64,000 bases of DNA. Origin: Candidatus Cloacimonadales bacterium. Lineage in GTDB: Bacteria; Cloacimonadota; Cloacimonadia; Cloacimonadales; JAFGVF01. Location: assembly GCA_963678315.1 (NCBI GenBank), contig OY782781.1:2016001-2080000 (forward strand), written 5' to 3'. The notes below the pieces were generated by a model. That model was given only the letters and a program-made list of their open reading frames with translations. It was not told the DNA's origin and did no database searches. Positions 9,508 through 19,435 of the stretch are shown piece by piece; the first letter of the stretch is position 1; each line of letters starts with the position of its first letter. The position numbers and the translations under genes are program-made.

Positions 9508-12319
9508 CTATCTTCTCCATTATTTTTTCTAAGTGTATGCCATGTGAGCCTTTTATAAGAACTACACAATCTTTAAAATCATTAATTAAATTCTCTGATA
9601 GAAATGATTCAACATTATCGAAATGTTTATTAGCTAGGTAATTGATTGAATCTCTTCCCACAGAATAGACAACTTTATCTTTAATCAAAGTAAGTTGTTT
9701 GCCAATATTTTTATGTAATTCAAGTGATTGTGTGCCAAGTTCCAACATGTCTCCTAAAATTGCAACATGCTTTTTTTCTTTTTTATAGTTGCTCCAAAAG
9801 TCAATAGCAGCTTTAGTTGAGGCTGGATTAGCATTGTAACAGTCAACTATAAAGATATTTGTATCTTTGCTTGCAAAGCTCATTCTATTGTTAAGTTTTA
9901 ACTGATTTGAAAGTCCTCTTGTGATGGTATAGTTAGCTAATCCAAGAAGTTTAGCAAGTGTGATTGCTAGAGAATAATTATGTGCAAAATAGGGGATAGG
10001 GCAGTTTACTTCATAAGAAGAGTTGTTTATACTTAGTTCAAATGAATCATTTTTAAACTGAGTAACTTCATAAGTGAAATCATTACTTTCTTTTTGTCCA
10101 AGAGAATAGCCAAAATTCTTATAAAAGTCTTCTTTGAATTCGTCAAAGAGTATGTTATCACCAGGGAAAAGAAAAGCTTTTAATTCTCTTCTAAAAATAT
10201 CGGTTTTCTCTTGATAAACGCCTTCAAGACTGCCTAACAATTCTAGGTGAGCCTGGTCAACAGAAGTTATTATTGCATAATCAGGCTTTATGATGTTACT
10301 TAAGTAATTGATTTCTCCGGGAGCATTGGTTCCAATTTCTAAAACTGCATAAGATTGATTTGCTTTTGCTCTAAAAATAGTTCTTGGAAGCCCAATATAG
10401 TTGTTCTCATTTCCACGAGTAACTAGAACATTGCTTGATTCTCTAATAATATTAGCAATAATCTCTTTAGTTGTAGTCTTGCCAGTTGAACCAGTAATAG
10501 CAATTTTAGTTAAATCGAATATGGATAAGTATCTTTTTGCTAAAATTCCATAGAATTCCAGAGAGTCTTCTACCTTTAAATAATTAGTCTTATCTATGTC
10601 TGAAGTTCCGACAGCAAATGCCTCTTCTGTATTTTCAAGGACACTATCAATATAGTTGTTACCATCAAAGTTATCACCTTTTAATGCAATAAATAAAGAC
10701 TTTTCAGTAATCGATCTTGAGTCTGTCGATATATTTTCAATATACTGGTCTGGAATGTCTATTTTTGACCAATCAAATTCATGATTGTGTTTTTCTACTA
10801 AATCAAATAAATTTATAATGTCTAGATCAACATGAAGCCTATTTTCTGCTTTCTCTACATGTATGAAATCTTGAATTACTTTTTTATCTGAGAACGGTGT
10901 TTTTCTATCACCGATTTCTTGATAATCTTCATGACCTTTTCCAAGAATAGCTACTATAGAGTCAGATTTAGCAATATCTAATGCAGTGTTAATAGCTCTT
11001 TTTCTATCCCTAATTATGATATAGTTGTCACTTGATAGGTCTTTAACCATATCGTATATTATTGAGTAGTTTTTTTCCTTTCTTGGATTATCATCTGTAA
11101 ATATTACAAAGTCTGATAGTAGGGTAGCTCTTTTAGCCATTAATGGTCTTTTAGCTTGATCTCGATTTCCTCCACAGCCAAGTACTGTGATTAATCTTTT
11201 TGCTTTCGTTTCCTTAAGCGTAGTAATCACCTGTTGAACTGCATCTGGTGTATGTGCATAGTCTAAGAATACTTTAGCTAATGATTTAGACTCTATATAT
11301 TCTAATCTTCCAGAAGTCTTTTTAAGTGAAGAGTATATTTTTGGTGTAATAGATCCGTACAACTTATTACAAATTAGATGCGCTAAAGTTAAGTTATACG
11401 CATTGAATAGTCCGTAATAATTTGAGACTATCTGTAAATTATTGTTACTTTTCTGTTCAATCAAAGTAAAGGCGGTTCCTTTGTCATGGCTTCTTATATC
11501 ACTTATCTGATAATCACTTATTGCTTGGCTACCATAAGATATTTTATCACCGTTAAACTCACTGTAATATTTCTTGCCATACTGGTCGTCTGTATTAATA
11601 ACAGCAAAAGCTTTTTGATTAAAAGCAATATCGAAGAGCATTTTTTTAGCATTGAAATAACTTTCAAAGTCTTTATGGAAATCTAAATGGTCTTGCGTTA
11701 AATTTGTGAAACCAATTGCATCAAATTGAATAGAGTGAACTCTATTAAGTACAAGTGAATGCGAAGACACTTCCATTACTACAGCTTGACAATCTTGCTT
11801 GACCATTGATGCTAAAATTGCATTTAATTCTACGAAATCAGGAGTTGTCCTTGAGTGTGATATTGTTTCTTTATTATCAAAACTATACCCTAAAGTACCT
11901 ATAGAACCACATTTAATCCCTGATTTATTCAAGACGTCGCAAATTATAGTAGAAGTAGTAGTTTTACCATTGGTTCCAGTAATACCAATTACCTTCAACT
12001 TTGATGAAGGATTATCGTAGTATAGACATGCCAGTATTGAACCGGCTTTCCTTGAATCAGTTACTAAAATGCTATTAGTTTTCACTGATTTCTCTTTAGA
12101 AGAATAAACTACTAAAGATGAGCCTTGTTCTTCTGCTTTTTCAATAAATTTATTACCATCACTAGTTAAACCTTTAATGGCTATGAATGCCCAGTTTTGA
12201 CTAACTTGGCGTGAATCAAATGTAATACCTTCTATTTCAATCTTTTCTGTAAGTCTGTAACTTAAAAGAATATTTTCTTCTTTCAGTTTCAATATATATT
12301 TATTTAAATCTATTTTCAT
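9488..12319 (-). CDS. murE: Bifunctional MurE-MurF fusion
   Basis: Two Mur-ligase modules in one 943 aa ORF: TGTNGKTT, EVSSH, DYAHTPD, DDNPR (MurE, meso-DAP type), then TGSTGKTTTK, DCYNANP, LGDMLELG, KGSHG (MurF). Confidence 0.93.
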   Translation of the reverse strand: MKIDLNKYILKLKEENILLSYRLTEKIEIEGITFDSRQVSQNWAFIAIKGLTSDGNKFIEKAEEQGSSLVVYSSKEKSVKTNSILVTDSRKAGSILACLYYDNPSSKLKVIGITGTNGKTTTSTIICDVLNKSGIKCGSIGTLGYSFDNKETISHSRTTPDFVELNAILASMVKQDCQAVVMEVSSHSLVLNRVHSIQFDAIGFTNLTQDHLDFHKDFESYFNAKKMLFDIAFNQKAFAVINTDDQYGKKYYSEFNGDKISYGSQAISDYQISDIRSHDKGTAFTLIEQKSNNNLQIVSNYYGLFNAYNLTLAHLICNKLYGSITPKIYSSLKKTSGRLEYIESKSLAKVFLDYAHTPDAVQQVITTLKETKAKRLITVLGCGGNRDQAKRPLMAKRATLLSDFVIFTDDNPRKEKNYSIIYDMVKDLSSDNYIIIRDRKRAINTALDIAKSDSIVAILGKGHEDYQEIGDRKTPFSDKKVIQDFIHVEKAENRLHVDLDIINLFDLVEKHNHEFDWSKIDIPDQYIENISTDSRSITEKSLFIALKGDNFDGNNYIDSVLENTEEAFAVGTSDIDKTNYLKVEDSLEFYGILAKRYLSIFDLTKIAITGSTGKTTTKEIIANIIRESSNVLVTRGNENNYIGLPRTIFRAKANQSYAVLEIGTNAPGEINYLSNIIKPDYAIITSVDQAHLELLGSLEGVYQEKTDIFRRELKAFLFPGDNILFDEFKEDFYKNFGYSLGQKESNDFTYEVTQFKNDSFELSINNSSYEVNCPIPYFAHNYSLAITLAKLLGLANYTITRGLSNQLKLNNRMSFASKDTNIFIVDCYNANPASTKAAIDFWSNYKKEKKHVAILGDMLELGTQSLELHKNIGKQLTLIKDKVVYSVGRDSINYLANKHFDNVESFLSENLINDFKDCVVLIKGSHGIHLEKIMEKIDAVSFV

Positions 12320-12320
12320 T

Positions 12321-14519
12321 TTATTTACACCAAAATATTATTTCTTCAATTTCTTCTATTGATGTGTCAGGAGCTACACTTTGTTTATAAATTAAACCAC
12401 TTCCTTTAAACTGGAAACCTATACTCTTATGAGAACAATAATCTACAGCTTCTCTAATTGTTTTCCCTTTAAAGTTTGGTACATTATTGTTTGCTAAATC
12501 AATATTTTGTTTAGCCCCAATCATTACATCCCTTTGATTTTTTGGGAAAACAACACCTGCAGAAGGGAACTGTTTTTGTATAATTTGACTATCATCTATC
12601 AATTCAGTAGTATAACTTATGTCAAGATTTTTAAGTTTGATTTTAGCATCTTTAAGTGTCATTCCTATTAGAGATGGCATAGTTGTGAAATCTTTCTGTT
12701 TTGAAATAAATTCTTCTGTTGTATACGAACCTTTGGAATATAGAATTTTCTTCATTACAGAATCAAAAATTGGTAATGCAGACTGAGAACCATAACGAGA
12801 AGCAAATTTAGGCTTATCGAAGGTGACAACAATTACATATTCTGGATTATCAGCTGGGAAATAGCCTGCAAATGAGGCAGAGTAGTCCCATTTATTTGTA
12901 TGTTTAGTCTTAGAATTTTTGGATTGTGCAGTACCAGTTTTACCAGCAAGTTTAATAATATCGTTTTTGAAATATCTTGCTGTACCATATTCGAATACTT
13001 TTTCAAGATTAGATCTAACAATATTCAGAGGACCTTGTTGAGAGATCTTCCTCAAGGGTTCTCTTTTACTCTCGAATACAATATTATTGTTCTTATCAAG
13101 AATCTTCTTTACTATATGAGGTTTAAGAAGGTAGCCACCATTAGCTAGTGAGCAATAAGCATTAGCTAGTTGCAATTGTGTAACGCCTATTTCTTGACCA
13201 TAAGATATAGAGTGTAAAGAGAATTGAGTCCAATTAGGATAGGATGCAAGAATACCTCTAACTGACTGTGAAATTGGTGTTGGAACTTTTTGACCAAATC
13301 CCATAGTCCTTAACATTGTGTAAAGATTAAAAGGCCCGATTTTTTCAGCTATCTTTGCAATACCAACATTAGATGAATAGGCTATAATTTGTTCTCCATT
13401 CAAAGGGAAATCTTTGGGATGGTCATCACTAATTTCTCTATGAGCATCTCTACCTTTTCCTTCATAATCAGGAACATAAAGAGAACAATCTATTGTTGAT
13501 TCAGGGTCGTAAACATCTAGATTAAGAGCACTTAGCATTGTAAAAGGTTTGAAGGTAGAACCAGGTTCAAAAATATAATTAGCTGGAAGATTAGCATAAC
13601 CTCGGATAACATTTTCATTCTTATCTAATTCATCTCTATCAATGCCAGCCATAACTAATATCTCACCAGTATTAGGGTCCATAACAGTACACATTGCAGC
13701 TTTAGAATCATGCTCAACTATTGCTTCTCTAAGTAATTCTTCAACTTCTCTTTGTAAATTAAAGTCTATAGTAAGATAAATATCTTGTCCCTCTTTATAT
13801 GGCTTAGTTTGAAGTCCTTTCTTAGGTAAAGGCTGACCTTTTGCATCATTATAGACTTCTTTCCAACCAAACTCACCGTTCAACTCCTTATTATAAGCAT
13901 ATTCTATACCATTTAATCCTTCAAGAGTATGTTTAGAATATTTAGGCAAGGTGTTAAGAATTGTATCATTAGAGACTTTTGCCGTTCCAAGTAATCTTAA
14001 TCCCGTTTTATCGCTGGCATGATCTCTTCTATAGTCTGAAAGAGTTACAACTATATCATGTATATCGTTTTCTTCTGCCATCATAAGTAATTGGTCTTTC
14101 TTGGATTCTACAAGCTTTAAAAAGAGAATTGGATTTGTTCTTTCTAATTTTTTAAGGAAATGTTTTTTTGATTTAGATGATACCTGACTGCAAAGTTCTG
14201 CGACTTGATTGCAGTAGTCTTCCATTGCTTTGTCACTTCCAAGTCTTTTTCTAGCTGAAGGTTTGTGTAGTTCTACTTGGTAGTATTTTGTTGTTGTAAC
14301 TAAGAGCTCATCATTGCGATCTAGTATATTCCCTCTAGTGGGGATGATAAACTCTTTTTTAGGGGTTGCTCTTCGGTATCGGTCTTCTGAAAAATCGTAA
14401 ACATCAACTATCTGAATTAGATACAGTTGTGTTATCCAAATTATTCCGACAAGAATAAAAACTAATATTACAAATTTAAATCTAATAGCTTCATTGCTTT
14501 TAGTTTTACTTGAGCTCAT
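12321..14519 (-). CDS. ftsI: Class B penicillin-binding protein FtsI with C-terminal PASTA domains
   Basis: RGNILDRN, EPGSTFKP (SxxK), SSNVG (SxN), KTGTAQ; PASTA-like MPSLIGMTL and VPNFKGKTIREA. Confidence 0.93.
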   Translation of the reverse strand: MSSSKTKSNEAIRFKFVILVFILVGIIWITQLYLIQIVDVYDFSEDRYRRATPKKEFIIPTRGNILDRNDELLVTTTKYYQVELHKPSARKRLGSDKAMEDYCNQVAELCSQVSSKSKKHFLKKLERTNPILFLKLVESKKDQLLMMAEENDIHDIVVTLSDYRRDHASDKTGLRLLGTAKVSNDTILNTLPKYSKHTLEGLNGIEYAYNKELNGEFGWKEVYNDAKGQPLPKKGLQTKPYKEGQDIYLTIDFNLQREVEELLREAIVEHDSKAAMCTVMDPNTGEILVMAGIDRDELDKNENVIRGYANLPANYIFEPGSTFKPFTMLSALNLDVYDPESTIDCSLYVPDYEGKGRDAHREISDDHPKDFPLNGEQIIAYSSNVGIAKIAEKIGPFNLYTMLRTMGFGQKVPTPISQSVRGILASYPNWTQFSLHSISYGQEIGVTQLQLANAYCSLANGGYLLKPHIVKKILDKNNNIVFESKREPLRKISQQGPLNIVRSNLEKVFEYGTARYFKNDIIKLAGKTGTAQSKNSKTKHTNKWDYSASFAGYFPADNPEYVIVVTFDKPKFASRYGSQSALPIFDSVMKKILYSKGSYTTEEFISKQKDFTTMPSLIGMTLKDAKIKLKNLDISYTTELIDDSQIIQKQFPSAGVVFPKNQRDVMIGAKQNIDLANNNVPNFKGKTIREAVDYCSHKSIGFQFKGSGLIYKQSVAPDTSIEEIEEIIFWCK

Positions 14520-14865
14520 TTGCGTAAACAGTTGAGGTGAAGAAGTCTAAGAGCCTAATGTTATTGATTTTCTCAGTAGATTTATTAGTAGACAATTCAA
14601 CAAAACAAATCAGGTTTGGATCATTTTTTGGTTCAATCAAGCCAAGTTTATCCTTAGCTATCTTCACTATTCTTGTTTTGCTGTTTAATCTTGTGAATAA
14701 TTGTTCCTTTTGATTAATATCTTGATTTAGCTCTTGAATCTTGTTCTTATAGCAAGCAATTTCACGGGAAAGAGTAGTGATCTTTCCTTGAATATGCATA
14801 ACTGCCATACAACCAAGTAATATAATAATTAATGCAAAAATCAGTGTTTTTAATTCATAACTCAT
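14506..14865 (-). CDS. ftsL: FtsL-like cell division protein
   Basis: TM plus coiled coil, RIVKIAKDKLGL; between rsmH and ftsI. Start moved to ATG 14865 (MSYELK) because AGGAG lies just upstream. Confidence 0.8.
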   Translation of the reverse strand: MSYELKTLIFALIIILLGCMAVMHIQGKITTLSREIACYKNKIQELNQDINQKEQLFTRLNSKTRIVKIAKDKLGLIEPKNDPNLICFVELSTNKSTEKINNIRLLDFFTSTVYANELK

Positions 14866-14875
14866 TGTATTGCTC

Positions 14876-15805
14876 CTAGATCGCTTTTTTTTCGGCAATT
14901 CTCAATTTTGCACTTCTTGATCGAGGATTCTCAATAATTTCATCCTCGGAAGCTGTGATTGGTTTCTTGTTAATAATTTTTAATGTTGATATTTTTCCAC
15001 AATTGCATATTGGAGATGAGGGCAAACAGGTGCAATCAAGGGCTTCATATCTGAAGAAATCTTTAATAATTTTATCTTCAAGGCTATGATAAGATTCTAC
15101 TACTATTCTTCCACCTGGATTTAAAAGATAAAGAGCATCTTTTAAAACGGATTTAAGAACGTCCATTTCGCCATTTACTTCAATTCTTAATGCTTGATAA
15201 ATTCTTGATAGCATTTTTGTGAAAAACTTAGGATTCATTCTCATGTTCTTTTCTAACAGGGAATTTAAGTCGTTTGAATTTTGAAAATCTATGCTTTTTC
15301 TGTTGTTAACTACTAAATTAGCAATTTTCCGAGAAGCTTTTTCTTCTCCATATTCTCTGAAGATTCTTGTTAAGTGATTCAAATCATAATTGTTCAATAT
15401 ATATGCTGCTGTTAGATCACGTGATTGATCCATACGCATATCTAAAGGGGAAACTTGTGAAAATGAGAAGCCTCTAGCTGCATCATCAATTTGATGTGAA
15501 CTGATACCTAAGTCAAATAGAATACCATCAATCCTGTTTACTTTGTTATAGGCTAATTGGGTTCTTAATTCACTGAAATTACTTTGAATGAAAGTTACCC
15601 TGTCTGCAAACTCTTCAAGTCTCTTCTTTGCAAATGAAATAGCATCAGGATCTTGATCAAAGCAGTATAATCTGGCTGTAGGGTTCGCTTTTAATATACC
15701 TTCTGAATGCATGGCTCCACCAGTCGTAGCATCAACTATGATACCATTATCCCTGATGTTTAATCCATCTATACACTCTCTAAACATTACCGCTTTATGA
15801 TACAT
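14876..15805 (-). CDS. rsmH: 16S rRNA m4C1402 methyltransferase
   Basis: HKAV, DATTGGAMHS, DLGISSHQ, PLDMRM, NPRSRSAKLR. Confidence 0.97.
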   Translation of the reverse strand: MYHKAVMFRECIDGLNIRDNGIIVDATTGGAMHSEGILKANPTARLYCFDQDPDAISFAKKRLEEFADRVTFIQSNFSELRTQLAYNKVNRIDGILFDLGISSHQIDDAARGFSFSQVSPLDMRMDQSRDLTAAYILNNYDLNHLTRIFREYGEEKASRKIANLVVNNRKSIDFQNSNDLNSLLEKNMRMNPKFFTKMLSRIYQALRIEVNGEMDVLKSVLKDALYLLNPGGRIVVESYHSLEDKIIKDFFRYEALDCTCLPSSPICNCGKISTLKIINKKPITASEDEIIENPRSRSAKLRIAEKKAI

Positions 15806-16260
15806 TATATCCTCACTGATGATTTCATTGTGCTGTTAGCTAACGCTGCAAGAAGATCTTGCTCAATTTGATCTGATTTGTCTTTTGCCCATATTGTGAT
15901 GTGATCTTTTTGTCCGATAAATTTAATATCTTTATCCATTGATAAACTACTCAAGAGTTCTTGGGGAATTCTTACTCTACCGTTTGCTTCAAGTTTTTTT
16001 GAACCTGTTGAGAAGTGTTCCCATACTCTAAGCTTAGCTATATCTATGGAATTACCATTTTCCAAAATATCACAGTATTTGTAAAAAACACTTTCAGGAA
16101 ACAAGATTAAACACTCTTCGCCACCTCTGGTGATAATGATGTTTTTTGAGTCACCATAGAATTTCAACTCTTTAACGAATATCTTAGGTATAACAATTCT
16201 ACGGTCTGTTATTGTACCGTAAAATGTACCATAAAATCTTCCTTGGTTGTTTTGATTCAT
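15805..16260 (-). CDS. mraZ: Divergent MraZ transcriptional regulator (151 aa)
   Basis: First gene of dcw; two SpoVT/AbrB-like repeats (TDRRIVIPK, EANGRVRIP), ITIW. Start moved to ATG 16260, which has an AGGAG RBS. Confidence 0.8.
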   Translation of the reverse strand: MNQNNQGRFYGTFYGTITDRRIVIPKIFVKELKFYGDSKNIIITRGGEECLILFPESVFYKYCDILENGNSIDIAKLRVWEHFSTGSKKLEANGRVRIPQELLSSLSMDKDIKFIGQKDHITIWAKDKSDQIEQDLLAALANSTMKSSVRI

Positions 16261-16290
16261 TAGGGAACTCCTATTCATTATTATTATCTT

Positions 16291-16334
16291 GTGACTACTT
16301 GTGACAGAATATGACTTTTTACAACAAATGTCAA
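16291..16334 (-). promoter_or_regulatory. sigma70-type dcw promoter overlapped by three 10-bp-period GTCAYA repeats (candidate MraZ operator)
   Basis: Minus strand TTGACA (16329-16334), 17 nt, TATTCT (16306-16311); + strand TGAC at 16292, 16302 and 16312. Confidence 0.7.
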
Positions 16335-16585
16335 TTATTATTATATAATTTATTATTAATATAACTATATTTAACAAAGAATGCTTTTATAAAAGGCTTT
16401 TAGCAATAATCAAATATATATCATTATGATTAATTATTGCCAAATTATTGTGTAAAATTATACATATTATTAGCTTTAGGTCATCTTGAGACATATCTTA
16501 ATCTACTGAAAAACAATATAGTATGGTTGATATACATTATAAGAGGGATTAAATTGCATAAAAGTGTATAATTTTGTCATCATTT

Positions 16586-16640
16586 TGACTAAAAATGACT
16601 AGGATTTAAATGGTTTTACTAACCATGACCAATTATGACC
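16586..16640 (-). promoter_or_regulatory. Second cluster of 10-bp-phased RGTCA repeats
   Basis: + strand TGACT at 16586 and 16596, TTACT at 16616, TGACC at 16626 and 16636. Confidence 0.5.
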
Positions 16641-16648
16641 AAGTGCAC

Positions 16649-17200
16649 CCTTACTCCCCTCCTTGAAAAATCGGCTTTTTTTCAATGAGGCTAGTATGTT
16701 AGGAGTTGGGGGTGAATGTATTAGAGACTGGTAACTGGGATCGCCAGCCTCTGAGCTGGCTTCACTTAGAACGTAGTTATAAGTGAATTTGTAGATAGCT
16801 TTAGAAAGAAGTCTCAGAAAATGGAGTGTAAGCATCCACCGATAGGTTGAACACGGTTCATGCTTACGCAAATATGCTGCTTTGTCCTGAAGGGACATAT
16901 CTCTACAGAGCCCATGATTTCAATCGTGGGTGATAGAAGGATTTCAGACTTGAGAAGTAGTAAGAACCTGGCTAGGCAGATTTAAGAATGTTTAAGAGTT
17001 TAGAGGTTTAATTGTTTATTTGTTGATAGATTTATTGATTAATTGTTTAGGATTTGAATTCGTGAAGATTGGGGTTATTAGTAGCTGATTTACTAATTTG
17101 TATTTAGTCCCGAAGGGACGGTATATATTAGCATGGGGTCTTGTACCCCATGTTACATTATATAAACGAATTGAGTCCCGAAGGGACGACATAGATTTTA
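16649..17200. repeat. Mosaic palindromic intergenic element, copy A (REP/BIME-like modules)
   Basis: Hairpins at 16658-16690, 16743-16760, 16761-16787, 16823-16872, 16910-16931 and 17107-17200; modules shared, mostly inverted, with 27955-28323 and 59619-61566. Confidence 0.85.
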
Positions 17201-17273
17201 AATAGAATGTGAATAATGAAATTACACTGAATATCCAGATGAAACTTGAATTTATGATTATTGAATATTAGGA

Positions 17274-17305
17274 GAAAAAAAGAAAGCACCCTGTTAGAGT
17301 GCTTG
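17274..17305 (-). terminator. Rho-independent terminator ending the PqqD/ATP-grasp operon
   Basis: Minus strand AAGCACTCT-AAC-AGGGTGCTT followed by TCTTTTTTT. Confidence 0.75.
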
Positions 17306-17336
17306 CATCGATAGTTTATCATTAAGTTAATTTATA

Positions 17337-18521
17337 TTATTTCAAAATAACTTGTTTGCTAGTAACAAACTTAGATTTTGGTAATTCAACTCTAAGGAAA
17401 TATATACCTGAAGGCAATGACTCCTTCAGTAAACTTGATAGCTCTAAGCTAGCACTTTTAGATGGATTACTAAATTCTGAAATCTTTTGACCCTTTAAAT
17501 TATAAACTGAAACAGAAATAATACTTTCATTAGATTTCACAGTGAAAGAGTTTCTAGACGGATTAGGGTAGCTAGTAATGGAAGGAAGAGCATTCTCAAT
17601 GTTTTGCTCATGGTTGGAGACTACAGGAATATATTCATAGGAATACTTAGTAGAGTTTTCCCAATTGCTAGTATCATTTGACCATAGTTGAGTTATAAGA
17701 AGGTCAGCGTATATGTAATCAGAATACTGATAAGACGCTAGGCTGTAGTTAATCCATTCATTATTTTCTGCAGTCAGACCTGTAACATTATTTAAAATCA
17801 TTGCATCATTATAAGAGTAAACATACTTTGAATAATCTTGCCAGGACTCATTACTCCAAGTTTGCCATATTTCATTTATAAGATAACTATTAATGTCCCT
17901 CTCATAGTTACATTTTGAATAATTATCCCAATTTACACCATCGTTGGAAACTTCCCAAAGCTCATAAATCTTATATCCTAAGAGATTGTATTCATAACTG
18001 ACTCTGTACTGCTCATTATCTTTTCCAGAAGAAAAATAAACCCATTCTTCATCAACAAGAATTCCATCTTCGTAAGTATAATTAATTGTTAATGAATCTT
18101 GCCAAGCAGTATTAACCCATTTTTGTAGATTATAGCTTTCAACTAAATTATCATCATTATATGAGTAATTCTCTTGTCTATAATTATAGAGAGTAGGAAT
18201 GTAAATTTGATATAGCATATTTGTTAAATTATTATTAGTGTCGTATGTGTAAGTATAGTATTCAAAATCAGTCCATATCTCTTCAATATTCTTATCAACA
18301 TCTATTGATGTAACATTATTTACATTATATGTATAGATACTATTATAGATATCTTCCCATTGATTATCTAGGTATTCTGAATAAGTATACTCTGATATAA
18401 GTCCTTCAGTACTCCTAGTGTTGTAAATGTCATGAGTTGGCTTAAGAATCAATGTCTTATCAATTGCAGTGATTGAAAGAATACTAAGAACGATACATAA
18501 AATTAAGAATGTCTTTTTCAT
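17337..18521 (-). CDS. Secreted Tyr/Trp-rich repeat protein with Por/T9SS-type C-terminal domain
   Basis: Signal peptide; ~30-aa repeats (W-x-[DN]...YxY); CTD YPNPS...VYNLKGQKI...LPSGIYF...KQVILK. Confidence 0.8.
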   Translation of the reverse strand: MKKTFLILCIVLSILSITAIDKTLILKPTHDIYNTRSTEGLISEYTYSEYLDNQWEDIYNSIYTYNVNNVTSIDVDKNIEEIWTDFEYYTYTYDTNNNLTNMLYQIYIPTLYNYRQENYSYNDDNLVESYNLQKWVNTAWQDSLTINYTYEDGILVDEEWVYFSSGKDNEQYRVSYEYNLLGYKIYELWEVSNDGVNWDNYSKCNYERDINSYLINEIWQTWSNESWQDYSKYVYSYNDAMILNNVTGLTAENNEWINYSLASYQYSDYIYADLLITQLWSNDTSNWENSTKYSYEYIPVVSNHEQNIENALPSITSYPNPSRNSFTVKSNESIISVSVYNLKGQKISEFSNPSKSASLELSSLLKESLPSGIYFLRVELPKSKFVTSKQVILK

Positions 18522-19435
18522 TTATTATCTCCGATTATAAATTTGCCTGGATTATTTACCAAAACTAGAAAGCAATTTGCGATTATTCTAGTCTGAGTAT
18601 ATATATTAATCTCATCACTTAGTTCATATATCAACTCTGAACCATCAGAAAATATCTGTTTAAGCTGAAGTTCAGCTGGGTCAAGTTCTGGAGGGAAAGG
18701 AATGTATAGGATAGGATGAGAAGAGTTTGTAGGGTTATTAAGTATAAGATGGTGAAATTGGTCATAGGGATATGAATCAAACCATATTTCATATTCTGCA
18801 ATATATTCTGTATTATTATGCTTGATAAATGAAATGTCCTGTACGTTATAGGGTAAGATTCTATCCGGCATAATGAACTGAGCTTGATTGATAGATAGGT
18901 TTATAGATTCTGAAGTCCCCTTTCTATAGGAGATTGAATCAGAAACTGATTCACCAACTGTAGAATTATATACTCCAGATCCCCCAAAGTAGAAGTAGCA
19001 ATAACCATTATCATAATATGAATAATAGGCTTGTAGTTCATCACTGATGGGGGTATTATAAAACCTATGTATACCAGTTCCATAAAAATTAAGGTTGGTA
19101 AATGGATTTGATTTAATCGCCATAAGTGGAAATTCATCTATGAAAGGAATCCAAACACCATTGTTAGATAGGAATGATATATTGTAATATTCAGAAGCAT
19201 CAGTCAAATTATATTGTTGGTTTATATAGTCAAAACCTTCAAGGTAATCAACCTTTTCTACAAGTATCTGTAAGCTATCGTTACCAAAATCATACAAACC
19301 ATCCTGGTCAATATAAATTGCTTCATCTATGATCTTAAAAGGTGATACTGCTGATGGTAAAGACTCATCTTCTCTAATATTACAAGCAGCCAAGGTAACA
19401 AGTGATAATAATATAAATAAATATCTAGAAAGCAT
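18518..19435 (-). CDS. Hypothetical lipoprotein
   Basis: Lipobox LAAC at residue 18; overlaps both neighbours. Confidence 0.75.
   Translation of the reverse strand: MLSRYLFILLSLVTLAACNIREDESLPSAVSPFKIIDEAIYIDQDGLYDFGNDSLQILVEKVDYLEGFDYINQQYNLTDASEYYNISFLSNNGVWIPFIDEFPLMAIKSNPFTNLNFYGTGIHRFYNTPISDELQAYYSYYDNGYCYFYFGGSGVYNSTVGESVSDSISYRKGTSESINLSINQAQFIMPDRILPYNVQDISFIKHNNTEYIAEYEIWFDSYPYDQFHHLILNNPTNSSHPILYIPFPPELDPAELQLKQIFSDGSELIYELSDEINIYTQTRIIANCFLVLVNNPGKFIIGDNK

Noticed and set aside
16599..16898. 99-aa ORF upstream of mraZ
   Set aside because: Lies almost entirely over repeat element A; no RBS or recognisable motif
16990..17049. 8-bp periodic GTTTA-NNN tract as a regulator binding array
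   Set aside because: Degenerate, lies inside repeat element A, and resembles the other low-complexity spacer modules
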